A stretch of 32,000 bases of DNA. It comes from Desulfocapsa sulfexigens DSM 10523 (GTDB lineage: Bacteria; Desulfobacterota; Desulfobulbia; Desulfobulbales; Desulfocapsaceae). Both the position numbers and the translations under genes were made by a program. Below are positions 1 to 9,086 of this stretch, in pieces. The notes under the pieces are model-generated. The model was not told the origin of the DNA. It made no database searches and worked only from the letters and a program-made list of their open reading frames with translations. Location: contig NC_020304.1 of the NCBI RefSeq assembly GCF_000341395.1, positions 990,001 to 1,022,000 of the forward strand, given 5' to 3'. Each line of letters begins with the position of its first letter. Positions within the stretch are counted from its first letter, which is position 1.

Positions 1-462
1 CTCACGCAGAACACACTCCCCTCTGTATTTGGACTCTTCATAGAAGTTATGAAAACCTTGCCCTTCCTGCAGCTGATCTTCCCGAAATTCTCCTCCCCAG
101 TCACCGCAGACAAAGGCGGTGGACACGTGATGGAGCCAGGCTCCACTGATCAGGGCCAGTTCTTTGATATGGCGCACACCTTCAATGTTTACGGCTCCAT
201 ACTCTTCAAGAGACTTGCCCTTGAAATCCGTTCGTGCAGCGAGATGAAAAATGCTGTCAACCTCCCGGCACAGTTGTTGCCATTCTTCGTCAGGCAAACC
301 CAGCAAGGGTTTACTTACATCCCCTGTCAGCCAGCGCAGCTGAGAGCTGTCTGGCTCTTCGGGATGACGACAAAGAGCTGTTACCCTCTGTCCCCGCGCC
401 AGAAGAAGATCAATTAAAGGACGGCCGATGATACCACTGCCCCCTGTCACCAGAACGGTCAT
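1..462 (-). CDS. NAD(P)-dependent epimerase/dehydratase (extended SDR), partial, runs off the window start
   Basis: Minus-strand reading from ATG at 462 gives MTVLVTGGSGIIGRPLIDLLLARGQRVTALCRHPEEPDSSQLRWLTGD, with a Rossmann TGGSGIIG motif and a YEESK (YxxxK) catalytic motif. Its ATG overlaps the stop of the upstream U32 gene (ATGA). Confidence 0.85.
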   Translation of the reverse strand, partial: MTVLVTGGSGIIGRPLIDLLLARGQRVTALCRHPEEPDSSQLRWLTGDVSKPLLGLPDEEWQQLCREVDSIFHLAARTDFKGKSLEEYGAVNIEGVRHIKELALISGAWLHHVSTAFVCGDWGGEFREDQLQEGQGFHNFYEESKYRGECVLRE

Positions 463-1700
463 GACAAATGCCCCTGACTGGCAGCTGCCTCGTTCCAGCG
501 TTTCTGCTGCTGAAGAGTCTCCTCGGCCGTGGGAATATGGTTGACCAGCCTTCGAATATTTGCCTCCATGGTGGCGATATAACCTTTCAGCAACTCCGGA
601 CCATTGGTCTTAAGATGCTTTGCTGCCCATCTATCACAATGACCGCAGCCTTCACAGCCGAGACGGCAATCCGGTTCCGTCCTGTGAAAATAATCAAGAA
701 AGCCAGACAGCTCATCATTTTCAAGACTAATTTCCAGAGGATCAAGCTTCGTCCCATCAGCCTGCTTTCGAAATTGCAGCCAGTGAGGCCAACCAAGCAA
801 GGCCAGCAAATTTCCCTTAAATTCTCCCTGCAGATAAAACCTGGCCCGATCTAACAACTCGCCACTCTCAAGTCCCCGTCCGGCAATCTTAAAATGATGG
901 AGTCCAATTTCTTCATAGAAATGCAGATCCTCAGGACGTACCCAGGGACTGCGCATAAACTCGCCGGGGTTTTTTAGTTTCTCCAGATAACACCAGTTAA
1001 GATAATACTGATTATAGGGATGACCACAACCGTCCTTGTGAATATGACCTCCAGAAGCGGCAGTGCAATAGTGATTAAATTTAAAATGACATTGATAGAG
1101 ACAGACCGGGTTCACAACAATCTCCAGATCGACCCTGCTCCCTGGCGTCACACGGCGCAAAAAACGAAAATCGCGATTCACCTCCACGTCGAGGACAATT
1201 CGACTGGCTCCAATCTCTTCAAACTGATTAATACCACGTTTGGCCCCCACATAGCCAATGGTGGAAACAACCACCTCGAGTTCCGGGAAGCTGCTCTTGA
1301 TAATATCCACAAGATATGGTGCTGTAACTGTAACGGATGCGACTCCACAATCACAAAGGAACTGCAACAGCTCCTCAAACTCCTGGCGCCCGTCATGGGT
1401 GTACTCAAAATTGGCGTAACTGGGGGAGTTAAGCAGGTAATTGAAGGCAATATCCTGATCGAGCGCCAGACGCACATGTTTTTGAAATTCTGATCTGCTG
1501 ATAAGAGGGAGATATTTAGCGGGCCGTGCAGAATGAAAAGAGCCGTGCTGAAAAGAACCGTAGAGTTCAAAGACCCTTCCGCCACTCTCGCTATAGCGGC
1601 TGTTGAGTTCAGCAAGATCAGTAATAAAACCATCGCTAAAGCTGGTGGGCAATGTTATGCGTCTCGAAGAGAGTACCTGACTGCTTTTTTTCTGTGTCAT
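459..1700 (-). CDS. Peptidase U32-family protein (collagenase-like / UbiU-TrhP-like fold)
   Basis: 413 aa ORF with the typical VVNPVCLYQCHFKFNHYC cysteine motif and a HFKIAGRG motif. It has an extra C-terminal cysteine cluster, CRLGCEGCGHC. Confidence 0.7.
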   Translation of the reverse strand: MTQKKSSQVLSSRRITLPTSFSDGFITDLAELNSRYSESGGRVFELYGSFQHGSFHSARPAKYLPLISRSEFQKHVRLALDQDIAFNYLLNSPSYANFEYTHDGRQEFEELLQFLCDCGVASVTVTAPYLVDIIKSSFPELEVVVSTIGYVGAKRGINQFEEIGASRIVLDVEVNRDFRFLRRVTPGSRVDLEIVVNPVCLYQCHFKFNHYCTAASGGHIHKDGCGHPYNQYYLNWCYLEKLKNPGEFMRSPWVRPEDLHFYEEIGLHHFKIAGRGLESGELLDRARFYLQGEFKGNLLALLGWPHWLQFRKQADGTKLDPLEISLENDELSGFLDYFHRTEPDCRLGCEGCGHCDRWAAKHLKTNGPELLKGYIATMEANIRRLVNHIPTAEETLQQQKRWNEAAASQGHLS

Positions 1701-1715
1701 TCGATAGTAGGTCGC

Positions 1716-2681
1716 TCAAAAAGAATCCATGGCAAAAGGGTATGACCCTATCAATGTGGCCTTTTGCGTGGAGTGATGGAAACGGTACAGGTCAATGGAT
1801 AGATCGCGACTGTACTCCTTTTGAGGAAAAATCACTGCAAAGCTTTTCTCTTCTCCCGGGGCAAGTACTGAAGAAATATTAATTTTCTTCTTTTCAACCA
1901 CTGTTCCATCAGGCTGCCGCCAGCTGAGGACAACAAAAAGCTCCTTAGTACCATAGGTTCCCGTAGGTAAATCATGGGGCAGACTGTTTTTCAGCCTAAA
2001 ATGAATGGTGTCAGCTTCCATTGCATCCAACTGGATTTCAGGACCTGTTCCCTGCTCCGGCTGATTGGGCAGAATCAGATAATGACTGTACACCCTGTGA
2101 ACCGGCTCAAAGGACACCAGTATATTCGAAAAGGAATCTGTCCCCCTGGTATGGGGACGTTCAACGGAAACCCCATGGCATCCGTGACAGGTAGGATAAT
2201 GCTTCGTGGCTCCCAGGCTTCGCCATTGCTCATAGGTTTCTTCATGGCAGACCCCGCAGAGTTGCGACGAATCTTTCTTTGAATTGACCTTGGAATTTTT
2301 AGTTATGGCATGGGGGCTGAAGAGTGCTCCAGAGTCGTGGGGACCATGCATGGCCTGCTCATACAGATGACAGGAGATACAGGTAACTCCTTCTTCCCGG
2401 TTATAGCTGCGGGCCTCTCTTTCAGGATTCTGCACACTGCCTGGAGAATGGCAGAAAAGACATTCCTCCTCCTGGTACTGGTCGGACTGGAGTTTGAATT
2501 CAGGACTGACAAAGGCTCGGGCATGAGCAGTCTGTTGCCACTCTGCAAACTGCTCGACATGACAGGAGCCACACTCTTCAGCTGTGGGAGCATGACTATC
2601 CTGATTCCGCACCTCAGTCAGATGGCCAAAGCCACATGAGGTCATGATCAGACAAAGAATAAGAGTAACAAAGAAGCGCAT
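1716..2681 (-). CDS. Multiheme c-type cytochrome, five CxxCH motifs, probably exported/lipoprotein
   Basis: 321 aa; CGSCH, CLFCH, CISCH, CGVCH and CHGCH motifs. Hydrophobic N-terminal signal followed by TSC (possible lipobox). Confidence 0.85.
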   Translation of the reverse strand: MRFFVTLILCLIMTSCGFGHLTEVRNQDSHAPTAEECGSCHVEQFAEWQQTAHARAFVSPEFKLQSDQYQEEECLFCHSPGSVQNPEREARSYNREEGVTCISCHLYEQAMHGPHDSGALFSPHAITKNSKVNSKKDSSQLCGVCHEETYEQWRSLGATKHYPTCHGCHGVSVERPHTRGTDSFSNILVSFEPVHRVYSHYLILPNQPEQGTGPEIQLDAMEADTIHFRLKNSLPHDLPTGTYGTKELFVVLSWRQPDGTVVEKKKINISSVLAPGEEKSFAVIFPQKEYSRDLSIDLYRFHHSTQKATLIGSYPFAMDSF

Positions 2682-2790
2682 AACAACTCGATGTCCCGAA
2701 GGGATAATTTTTCAAATCATTTATCTGTCATGACTGTAAAGACATTTACCGCTAACTACAACTCTTTAATTGTCTCTATTCAGAGTTCCC

Positions 2791-3228
2791 TCAGCAAAAA
2801 GATATCGTCTCACCGGCCTTTGCCTCTCCACCCTGAATAACCCTGGCAAAGATACCTTCTTTGGGCATTATACAGTCCCCGGTTGCTTTTTTTATCACAC
2901 ACCCATCATTATGGCATTTCTTACCGATCTGAGTGATCTCAAGAATGATAGCAGTGCCAATCTGAATACTGTCTCCGACCGAGACCGATGACAAACCAAG
3001 CCCTCTGGTGATTATATTTTCTGCAAATGCACCATCTTTCAAAGAAGGCAGTTTCTCTTTCACTCTGTCAATACTTTCCCCAGCGAGCAGAGAAACCTGC
3101 CGATGCCACTTACCACCATGAGCATCACCCTCAATTCCAAATCCCTCCTGAAAGTTTGCAAGATCCACCGGCTTTTTCACCATTCCCTTTTTCCTGCTGA
3201 TACAAATTGCTTCAATGGTTGCCATCAT
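2791..3228 (-). CDS. MOSC domain-containing protein
   Basis: 145 aa; GIEGDAHGGKWHRQVSLL, FAENI(I)TRG, G(D)xIxIG and CHNDGC patterns typical of standalone MOSC proteins. Confidence 0.85.
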   Translation of the reverse strand: MMATIEAICISRKKGMVKKPVDLANFQEGFGIEGDAHGGKWHRQVSLLAGESIDRVKEKLPSLKDGAFAENIITRGLGLSSVSVGDSIQIGTAIILEITQIGKKCHNDGCVIKKATGDCIMPKEGIFARVIQGGEAKAGETISFC

Positions 3229-3543
3229 TTTCCTCCGTCATTGATACATTGTTTTTTTATCGGCACCGACTCTTTAATTTTGTGTTTTCCAGAAACAACA
3301 CCATACCTCAAAGCATAGCTGATATCAGCCGGAACCACAAAACAAAAAATGACACATCGTGGTACCGCATGATCTTTGTATTAGAAATTCGGCTGATGGG
3401 GAGGAAGGGGAACCTAATCCTTTTAAATGAAGGTGTTCTCTGTCTGATCTGAAACTTTATCCAGTAAGCTGGAGTCAGTCGCTAATAGTGGCGACCAAAG
3501 CTCTCTATGTATTCAACACGAGATCAAGTGCCATTTTTTCACT

Positions 3544-6126
3544 CTACCCCGCTTTTGGAGTTACCGTTTTCTTCTGAACCAACACTTTGTGTAAACTCAT
3601 GCTAAGTGTTTTCACATCAAACGGTTTTGGCACACTGTCTTTAAACCCATATTGCTGACAATCTGACATCACAGGAGAATCAGCATACCCACTTGAAACA
3701 ATGGTAACCACTTCAGGATCAATGGCTTGCAACTCTGCAATTGTTTTCTCGCCCCCCATACCATCCTTAATGGTTAAATCCAGGATAACAGCATCAAACG
3801 GGTTCCCAGCGTCCAAAGCTTGAGAGTAACGCTTTATTGCCTGCTCACCGTTTTTCACTTGTTCCGTTTCGTACCCAAGTCGATTTAACATGGTTGAAAC
3901 CATATTAAGCAGGGCAATTTCATCATCCATAATAAGTATTTTACCGCTGCCCATTTTGGGTTTTTCTTCATTTTCCTTTACGACAATCTCACTACCACCC
4001 TTGGTAACGGCTGGCAGATAAATCGAAAAACATGTTCCTTTTTCTGCAGAGGATTTTACTTCAATATATCCGCCATGTTGTTTAATGATGGAGTGAACGA
4101 TGGACAGCCCCAAACCACTACCCTTTGTACTTCCTTTTTCTTTAGTTGAAAAATATGGATCAAAAATTTTATCTATGTGCTCCTCTGGAATGCCTGTTCC
4201 CGTATCCTGCATCTCCATACATACATACCTTTTCTGGGACTGTGATGGTGTTTGGGATCCTGGCCTGTGGTTGTAACAACTAATGGTTATGGTACCTTTC
4301 TCTCCCATTGATTCTACAGCATTCATCAGAACATTAGCTATGACCTGTCTGATCTGCTCTGGATCAATTTGTACAGTCCAGAGGTCATTAGCAAACAGAA
4401 ATTCAGAATGAATGGGACGACCTGACAGAATAAATGAAACGATATCAGGTAAAAAAATAGCCAAATCAATCGCTGATGTGACGGGCGAGCCTCCTTTTGA
4501 AAAGGTGCGTAACTGATTTGCTAGTATTGTCGCTCGTTGAGATGCGGATTTCGCCTCACCCAGTAATTCGTTCACATCGGAATTATCGATGGTGAGCATC
4601 TTGGCAAGTTCAATATTCCCCATGATGGCTGTTAAAAGATTATTGAAATCATGGGAAATACCTCCAGCCAAAACGCCGATTGCCTCAAGCTTTGTTACTT
4701 TTATTCGATCATCCTCAGCCTGAAGGCGATCTGTTATATCCCGGAATATAACAACACTGCCACGTTTGCCTCCCTTTGACTGCAAAGGAGTTCCCTTGAC
4801 TTCAACAGGAATAATAGACCCATCCCTATGAAGAAAGTAGTCTTTATCATCGGAGAAAGTACGACCTGCCATGTTTTCATTGAGCAAACGACATTCCCCG
4901 TACGTATCTATTACACCATTCTCTTTGTGACGATGAAACAATTCATGGGCATTTTTCCCCAGCAATTCACCGGGTGAATAACCGAGTTGTTTTTCCATTG
5001 CAGAGTTGATAAAGGTGATCTCTCCTTTCGCATTATTGACATACAATGCATCTCCCATATAGCGGGCAATGGCGCTCAAGCGTGCCTCATTGCGTTTGAG
5101 CTGCTCCACAGCCTGCTGTCGTTGCCAGACAAAAAAACCTAGGGCAAATACCAGCACTGTAAGTCCAAAAACTATTGCCCTGAACGTATTCCAGAGGGTG
5201 ACAATTTCATAGTTTTCCTCGTAGGAGAGAATATATGCAACCTGTTCTCCTTTGACGTTATGTAATGGCAACCCCGCAACGATGTAATTTTTATTCTGAT
5301 CCCCAATAAAAATAGAAAACCTTTTCTCATCTGCAATATTATTTTGTACCCCCTTGTTTTTAGCAAGAATGGGATTCAGGCGACGGGCAAGAGGGAAGAT
5401 CGGATTCTCTAAATCAAACCCGAGTATACGTAAGTCTTCAACAACGTACCCTGGATAAACCGACACTGGAGTATAAAACTCCCGCTCATCCGGAAAAGCC
5501 TTGGCCATAACCATGTCTTGTTTCTGTATAAAAAGATACTTATGCATCGGCGCAGCATCCGTCATTGCTTTTTGGATAGCTTTGAAGGGAACAGATGTTT
5601 CCACGCTGCCGACATGATTTCCCTTGTACTGCAAGGGGAAGACATACCGGAACCCACAGAATATCCTACCATTTTCAAAACCGAATATCGATTTATGGAG
5701 TGTGTTCACAAGACGAACCGATTCTCTGATGTCTGTTAATGAATCACCACATTTTTCCAGACGATGAAAACGAAGAAAACTCCTATTGTCGGGAAAATGA
5801 AAATGCAATTGACGAATATTGTTTTCTGCCAGGTGGGTGTAGGTTGGGTAGAGTAAGCGATATAATCTCCCTCGCAATATTGCCTGCCTTTCGGGGGACG
5901 CTTTATAGGCTTCGGCCACAAGTTCAAGCACTTCTCTCTTGTTGAGCACTTCATCGTACAAAGTTTCCGCATAGGTCTTATACAGATGAATAGTCGTTTT
6001 ATAGGTCGTTTCGAGCACGGAGGTGTGCCGTAGATAGACTTCCTGTTCCCTCTTTTTCCACGTGTGATAAATGCCGAAAAAAAGCACTGTATACAGTAAA
6101 ATTACCAGTGTTGTTATGCGCCACAT
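3544..6126 (-). CDS. Membrane PAS-containing hybrid sensor histidine kinase with C-terminal receiver domain
   Basis: 860 aa. N-terminal TM and extracytoplasmic sensor region, second TM, PAS (ALYVNNAKGEITFINSAMEKQLGYS), HisKA H-box (AGGISHDFNNLL), HATPase (DTGTGIPEEHIDKIFDPYFSTKEKGSTKGSGLGLSI), receiver (ILIMDDE ... VILDLTIKDGMGG ... KPF). Confidence 0.93.
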   Translation of the reverse strand: MWRITTLVILLYTVLFFGIYHTWKKREQEVYLRHTSVLETTYKTTIHLYKTYAETLYDEVLNKREVLELVAEAYKASPERQAILRGRLYRLLYPTYTHLAENNIRQLHFHFPDNRSFLRFHRLEKCGDSLTDIRESVRLVNTLHKSIFGFENGRIFCGFRYVFPLQYKGNHVGSVETSVPFKAIQKAMTDAAPMHKYLFIQKQDMVMAKAFPDEREFYTPVSVYPGYVVEDLRILGFDLENPIFPLARRLNPILAKNKGVQNNIADEKRFSIFIGDQNKNYIVAGLPLHNVKGEQVAYILSYEENYEIVTLWNTFRAIVFGLTVLVFALGFFVWQRQQAVEQLKRNEARLSAIARYMGDALYVNNAKGEITFINSAMEKQLGYSPGELLGKNAHELFHRHKENGVIDTYGECRLLNENMAGRTFSDDKDYFLHRDGSIIPVEVKGTPLQSKGGKRGSVVIFRDITDRLQAEDDRIKVTKLEAIGVLAGGISHDFNNLLTAIMGNIELAKMLTIDNSDVNELLGEAKSASQRATILANQLRTFSKGGSPVTSAIDLAIFLPDIVSFILSGRPIHSEFLFANDLWTVQIDPEQIRQVIANVLMNAVESMGEKGTITISCYNHRPGSQTPSQSQKRYVCMEMQDTGTGIPEEHIDKIFDPYFSTKEKGSTKGSGLGLSIVHSIIKQHGGYIEVKSSAEKGTCFSIYLPAVTKGGSEIVVKENEEKPKMGSGKILIMDDEIALLNMVSTMLNRLGYETEQVKNGEQAIKRYSQALDAGNPFDAVILDLTIKDGMGGEKTIAELQAIDPEVVTIVSSGYADSPVMSDCQQYGFKDSVPKPFDVKTLSMSLHKVLVQKKTVTPKAG

Positions 6127-6128
6127 AG

Positions 6129-7031
6129 TTAATGAAAATCCTTGCTCGGAATAATGACCCCCCGTAACTGATCTCGAATCACATCATAATCACTATCATG
6201 TGCGATTAAGGTACCATACCGAATACCCTGCCCCCACTCTTCCACAAGTTTACGGTGAGTTGGGTTATCCAGTGGCCGCAATTGGAGCAAGACGTTACGG
6301 AGTATTTCTATCTGCTTATCCGTAAGGGTTCTCTTATTTGCAACAAGCACAAATCCAGGCAAAGAAGCTGACTCAGCTAAGAATTGAAGGCCGAGATGTA
6401 CGTACTTTTTACCGATTGAGCTTTTTATACCACCAGCTTTAAATTCTCCACGAATAACCGCAAGAGCAACCTCTTGATGACTGCCCAGGTATTGGAAGTC
6501 AGTGTCATTGACAGACAATCCGACCTGCTGCAGGAGGTTGTCTGTACACAAGTAACCGCAGGTGGAGTGAGGTTGGGTCAGTGCCAGGCGTTGCTCTTTA
6601 AGAGCTGCTATGGATGTAAGTCCACTTTCAACCCCGGTAACAAGAGCACATGTATATGTCCCTTCACCCTGCTCATTAAGAAAGCGGACAACGGGTTCCG
6701 CATCCGGATATGTTTCACGTAATTGAACATAAGGAAGGGGACCAAGGATAACCAGATCTATCTCTTCGGTCTTGAATTTATCTAGAATTTCTTCGTAATT
6801 GCTAAAATATTTAACAGATAGATGCTGACCAAGAGGTTTCTCAAGAAAATGAAGCATGGGCATTATCTGCCTTATCACCTTTTCTTTCTGCTCCATGGGC
6901 AGGGGAGCAAAGAAAATTTCTCTGGCAACAGCCGGCATAGCACAGAGACACACCAGGAACAATAAAATATACACAAGAACGTATCGATTTCTCACTTGAT
7001 CCTTCCCCTCACTATCCCATAGTGACAACAT
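6129..7031 (-). CDS. PhnD-like (phosphate/phosphonate-type) periplasmic substrate-binding protein
   Basis: 300 aa with signal-like N-terminus; FAPLPMEQKEKV...LEKPLGQHLSVKYFSNYEEILDKFKTEEIDLVILGPLPYV is typical of the family. Confidence 0.8.
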   Translation of the reverse strand: MLSLWDSEGKDQVRNRYVLVYILLFLVCLCAMPAVAREIFFAPLPMEQKEKVIRQIMPMLHFLEKPLGQHLSVKYFSNYEEILDKFKTEEIDLVILGPLPYVQLRETYPDAEPVVRFLNEQGEGTYTCALVTGVESGLTSIAALKEQRLALTQPHSTCGYLCTDNLLQQVGLSVNDTDFQYLGSHQEVALAVIRGEFKAGGIKSSIGKKYVHLGLQFLAESASLPGFVLVANKRTLTDKQIEILRNVLLQLRPLDNPTHRKLVEEWGQGIRYGTLIAHDSDYDVIRDQLRGVIIPSKDFH

Positions 7032-7187
7032 ATATCAGTATATAAAGAAATAAACAGACAATAACAAAAACCAGAAGCAGGTAGAGTGATGCAACCACTT
7101 AAATTAGCGTTATTCACCTTGAGCTGCCATTGTTTACACAATATGGTAATAGATATCAATGCCATTCTTGAAAGAATATTTAACCTT

Positions 7188-7357
7188 ATTACCACTAATC
7201 CTCAGCCTAACCGCCTGAGAAGGAGTTGTTTCGTGTTGATTATATGGGCATCTGCGGCCTGGACGGCCGCAGCAGAGCCCCCAGGGATGGGTTTATGGCG
7301 TCCCATATAATCGACACGGAACAGCTCCGGGTTGCAAAGCTGAGTTTCGATGGTAAT
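7188..7357 (+). repeat. Large nested inverted repeat / structured (possible RNA) element with internal perfect hairpin
   Basis: Arms 7222-7248 (GGAGTTGTTTCGTGTTGATTATATGGG) and 7302-7328 (CCCATATAATCGACACGGAACAGCTCC) pair over 27 positions with 24 Watson-Crick and 3 T:G pairs. Outer arms CTCAGC 7201-7206 / GCTGAG 7339-7344 and ATTACCA 7188-7194 / TGGTAAT 7351-7357. Inner hairpin CTGCGGCC 7252-7259 / GGCCGCAG 7265-7272. Confidence 0.8.
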
Positions 7358-7410
7358 CGGGATATTTAATTAAATAAATAACACTTGCCAGTAACATTGG
7401 GAAAACTCGC

Positions 7411-7742
7411 AACAATGAAGGTAAAGAGGCAATAAAAATGGCCAATGCTCTCTATCCTTCTTTGATTTTAATGGATATCAAATGCCCAAGATTGATCGTG
7501 CCATTACAATTGCAATGGCCCTACATCAAAATCTGATGGAAGTGAGAAGGTTAAACACCAATCTGCAAAAAGCCTTGGATGAAATCAAAATACTAAAAGG
7601 TGTTTTACCTATTTGCTGCTATTGCGGAGAAATACGCGATAATACAGAAGTAGAACCTGGTAAAGGTCCTTGGATTAGAATGGATGAATATATCAATAAA
7701 AGAACCAGTGCTGACGAAAAGTCTGTGCTCGGGGGCAGTTAA
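7411..7742 (+). pseudogene. Degenerate response regulator (receiver fragment joined to C-terminal zinc-ribbon-like tail)
   Basis: Frame 1 reads NNEGKEAIKMANALYPSLILMDIK; a 1-nt frameshift at the ATCAAATG tract then gives MPKIDRAITIAMALHQNLMEVRRLNTNLQKALDEIKILKGVLPICCYCGEIRD...WIRMDEYINKRTSAD. This is the common LPICSYCKKIRDD-type tail, with most of the receiver core missing. Confidence 0.7.
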
Positions 7743-7780
7743 TTTTTTTTCTTGAGTTAAAAAATCCTGTAAGGTGGCTT

Positions 7781-9028
7781 TCAGATAATCGTATAACCTG
7801 CCTCCGAAAGGGCAGCAACTATCTGTTCTACATGTGCACGGCCATTGGTTTCAACAGTTACATCAAGACGCACACTTTTAAAACGTGATGGATTATGGAA
7901 TTGATCGTGGTCAAGTTTGACAACATTTGCATTATGTAAGGCAAGAATACTCGCGATCTTCAGCAACTCTCCAGGTTTATGCAGAAGTTCCACGGCAAAG
8001 CTAAACAACCTGCCACGAGACACAAGGCCACGATGGATCATCTCTGACATTGTGAGTACATCGATGTTGCCACCGCTCACAAGGCAGACCGCCTTCTTCC
8101 CTTTTACATCATAATGGGCAAGCCCTGCCACGCTCAGTGCTCCGGCATTTTCTGCAACAAGCTTCTGCCGCTCCATCAAAATAAGAAGTGCCTGCATAAT
8201 TGCGGTATCCGGTACTGTCACCATACCGTCGACTGTGTCCTGGATAATTTCAAGACAGAGATCTCCAGAGCTTTTCACTGCCACGCCATCGGCAATGGTA
8301 TCCACAAAATCGAGTTCAACCAGCGATCCCACACGTTGCGACTCTGTAATTCCGGCAGCACCATCAGGTTCCACACCAATCACCTGTACCGAAGGATTAA
8401 CCGCTTTAATTGCCGCAGCAACCCCTGCAAGTAAGCCACCACCACCAACGGGAACAAAAACCAGATCGGCATCGCTGCATTCATCAAGAATCTCAAGACC
8501 AATGGTCCCCTGCCCGATAATCACCTCAAGATCATTAAAAGGATGAACAAAGACAGAACCATGCTCTTTTTCGAGGCGACGGGCTTCAGCATACGCCTCA
8601 TCATAACTGTCACCATGAAGAATAACCACGGCGCCGAGTTTCTGTGTGGCCTCTACCTTTATTAACGGAGTCGTCTCCGGCATTACAATCGTCGCACGGG
8701 CACAACACTGTGAATCCATGCTACAAAAGAGCTGTGCCGCAAGGGCTACCCCCTGAGCATGATTTCCAGCAGAGGCTGTGACAATGCCATGCTTTCGCTG
8801 TTCCGGTGAGAGGCCGGCAATACGATTAAAAGCCCCGCGAATTTTAAAAGAACCGGTACGTTGCAGGTTTTCCGGCTTGATATAAATGTCGGCTTTATAC
8901 TCTTCACTCAAAAACTCACTATAAATAAGCGAGGTTGGTTTGATTATTATTTTCAGCCGTTCTCTGGCTTCCTGAAACTGTTTTAAAGGGATTGACATAG
9001 ATTTTTTTGTATAAAAAGATTCCCGCAA
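7781..9028 (-). CDS. ilvA: Threonine ammonia-lyase (threonine dehydratase) with C-terminal ACT-like region
   Basis: 415 aa; PLP lysine motif NLQRTGSFKIRGA, glycine loop VGGGGLLAG, SGGN motif, C-terminal ACT-like domain. Confidence 0.9.
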   Translation of the reverse strand: MRESFYTKKSMSIPLKQFQEARERLKIIIKPTSLIYSEFLSEEYKADIYIKPENLQRTGSFKIRGAFNRIAGLSPEQRKHGIVTASAGNHAQGVALAAQLFCSMDSQCCARATIVMPETTPLIKVEATQKLGAVVILHGDSYDEAYAEARRLEKEHGSVFVHPFNDLEVIIGQGTIGLEILDECSDADLVFVPVGGGGLLAGVAAAIKAVNPSVQVIGVEPDGAAGITESQRVGSLVELDFVDTIADGVAVKSSGDLCLEIIQDTVDGMVTVPDTAIMQALLILMERQKLVAENAGALSVAGLAHYDVKGKKAVCLVSGGNIDVLTMSEMIHRGLVSRGRLFSFAVELLHKPGELLKIASILALHNANVVKLDHDQFHNPSRFKSVRLDVTVETNGRAHVEQIVAALSEAGYTII

Positions 9029-9086
9029 AGATAATCAAATGGTGTATTGACCCTATAGTTAATGACATTACAACAACTAGTACCTT

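Noticed and set aside
3318-3329. 12-bp palindrome GCTGATATCAGC, with ATCAGCCG at 3324-3331 and CGGCTGAT at 3390-3397 in the HK/MOSC intergenic region.
   Set aside because: Short and imperfectly spaced; no coherent larger structure was found, so not strong enough to call an element.
7086-7310. ORF-track proteins crossing the palindromic region (7086..7310 + and 6992..7195 -).
   Set aside because: Low-complexity translations of structured or intergenic DNA with no recognisable motif and no credible coding context.
7222-7328. Considered whether the long inverted repeat is a retron msr-msd or a group II intron part.
   Set aside because: No reverse transcriptase ORF is present nearby and no intron domain V-like hallmark was recognised, so it is reported only as an unidentified structured element.
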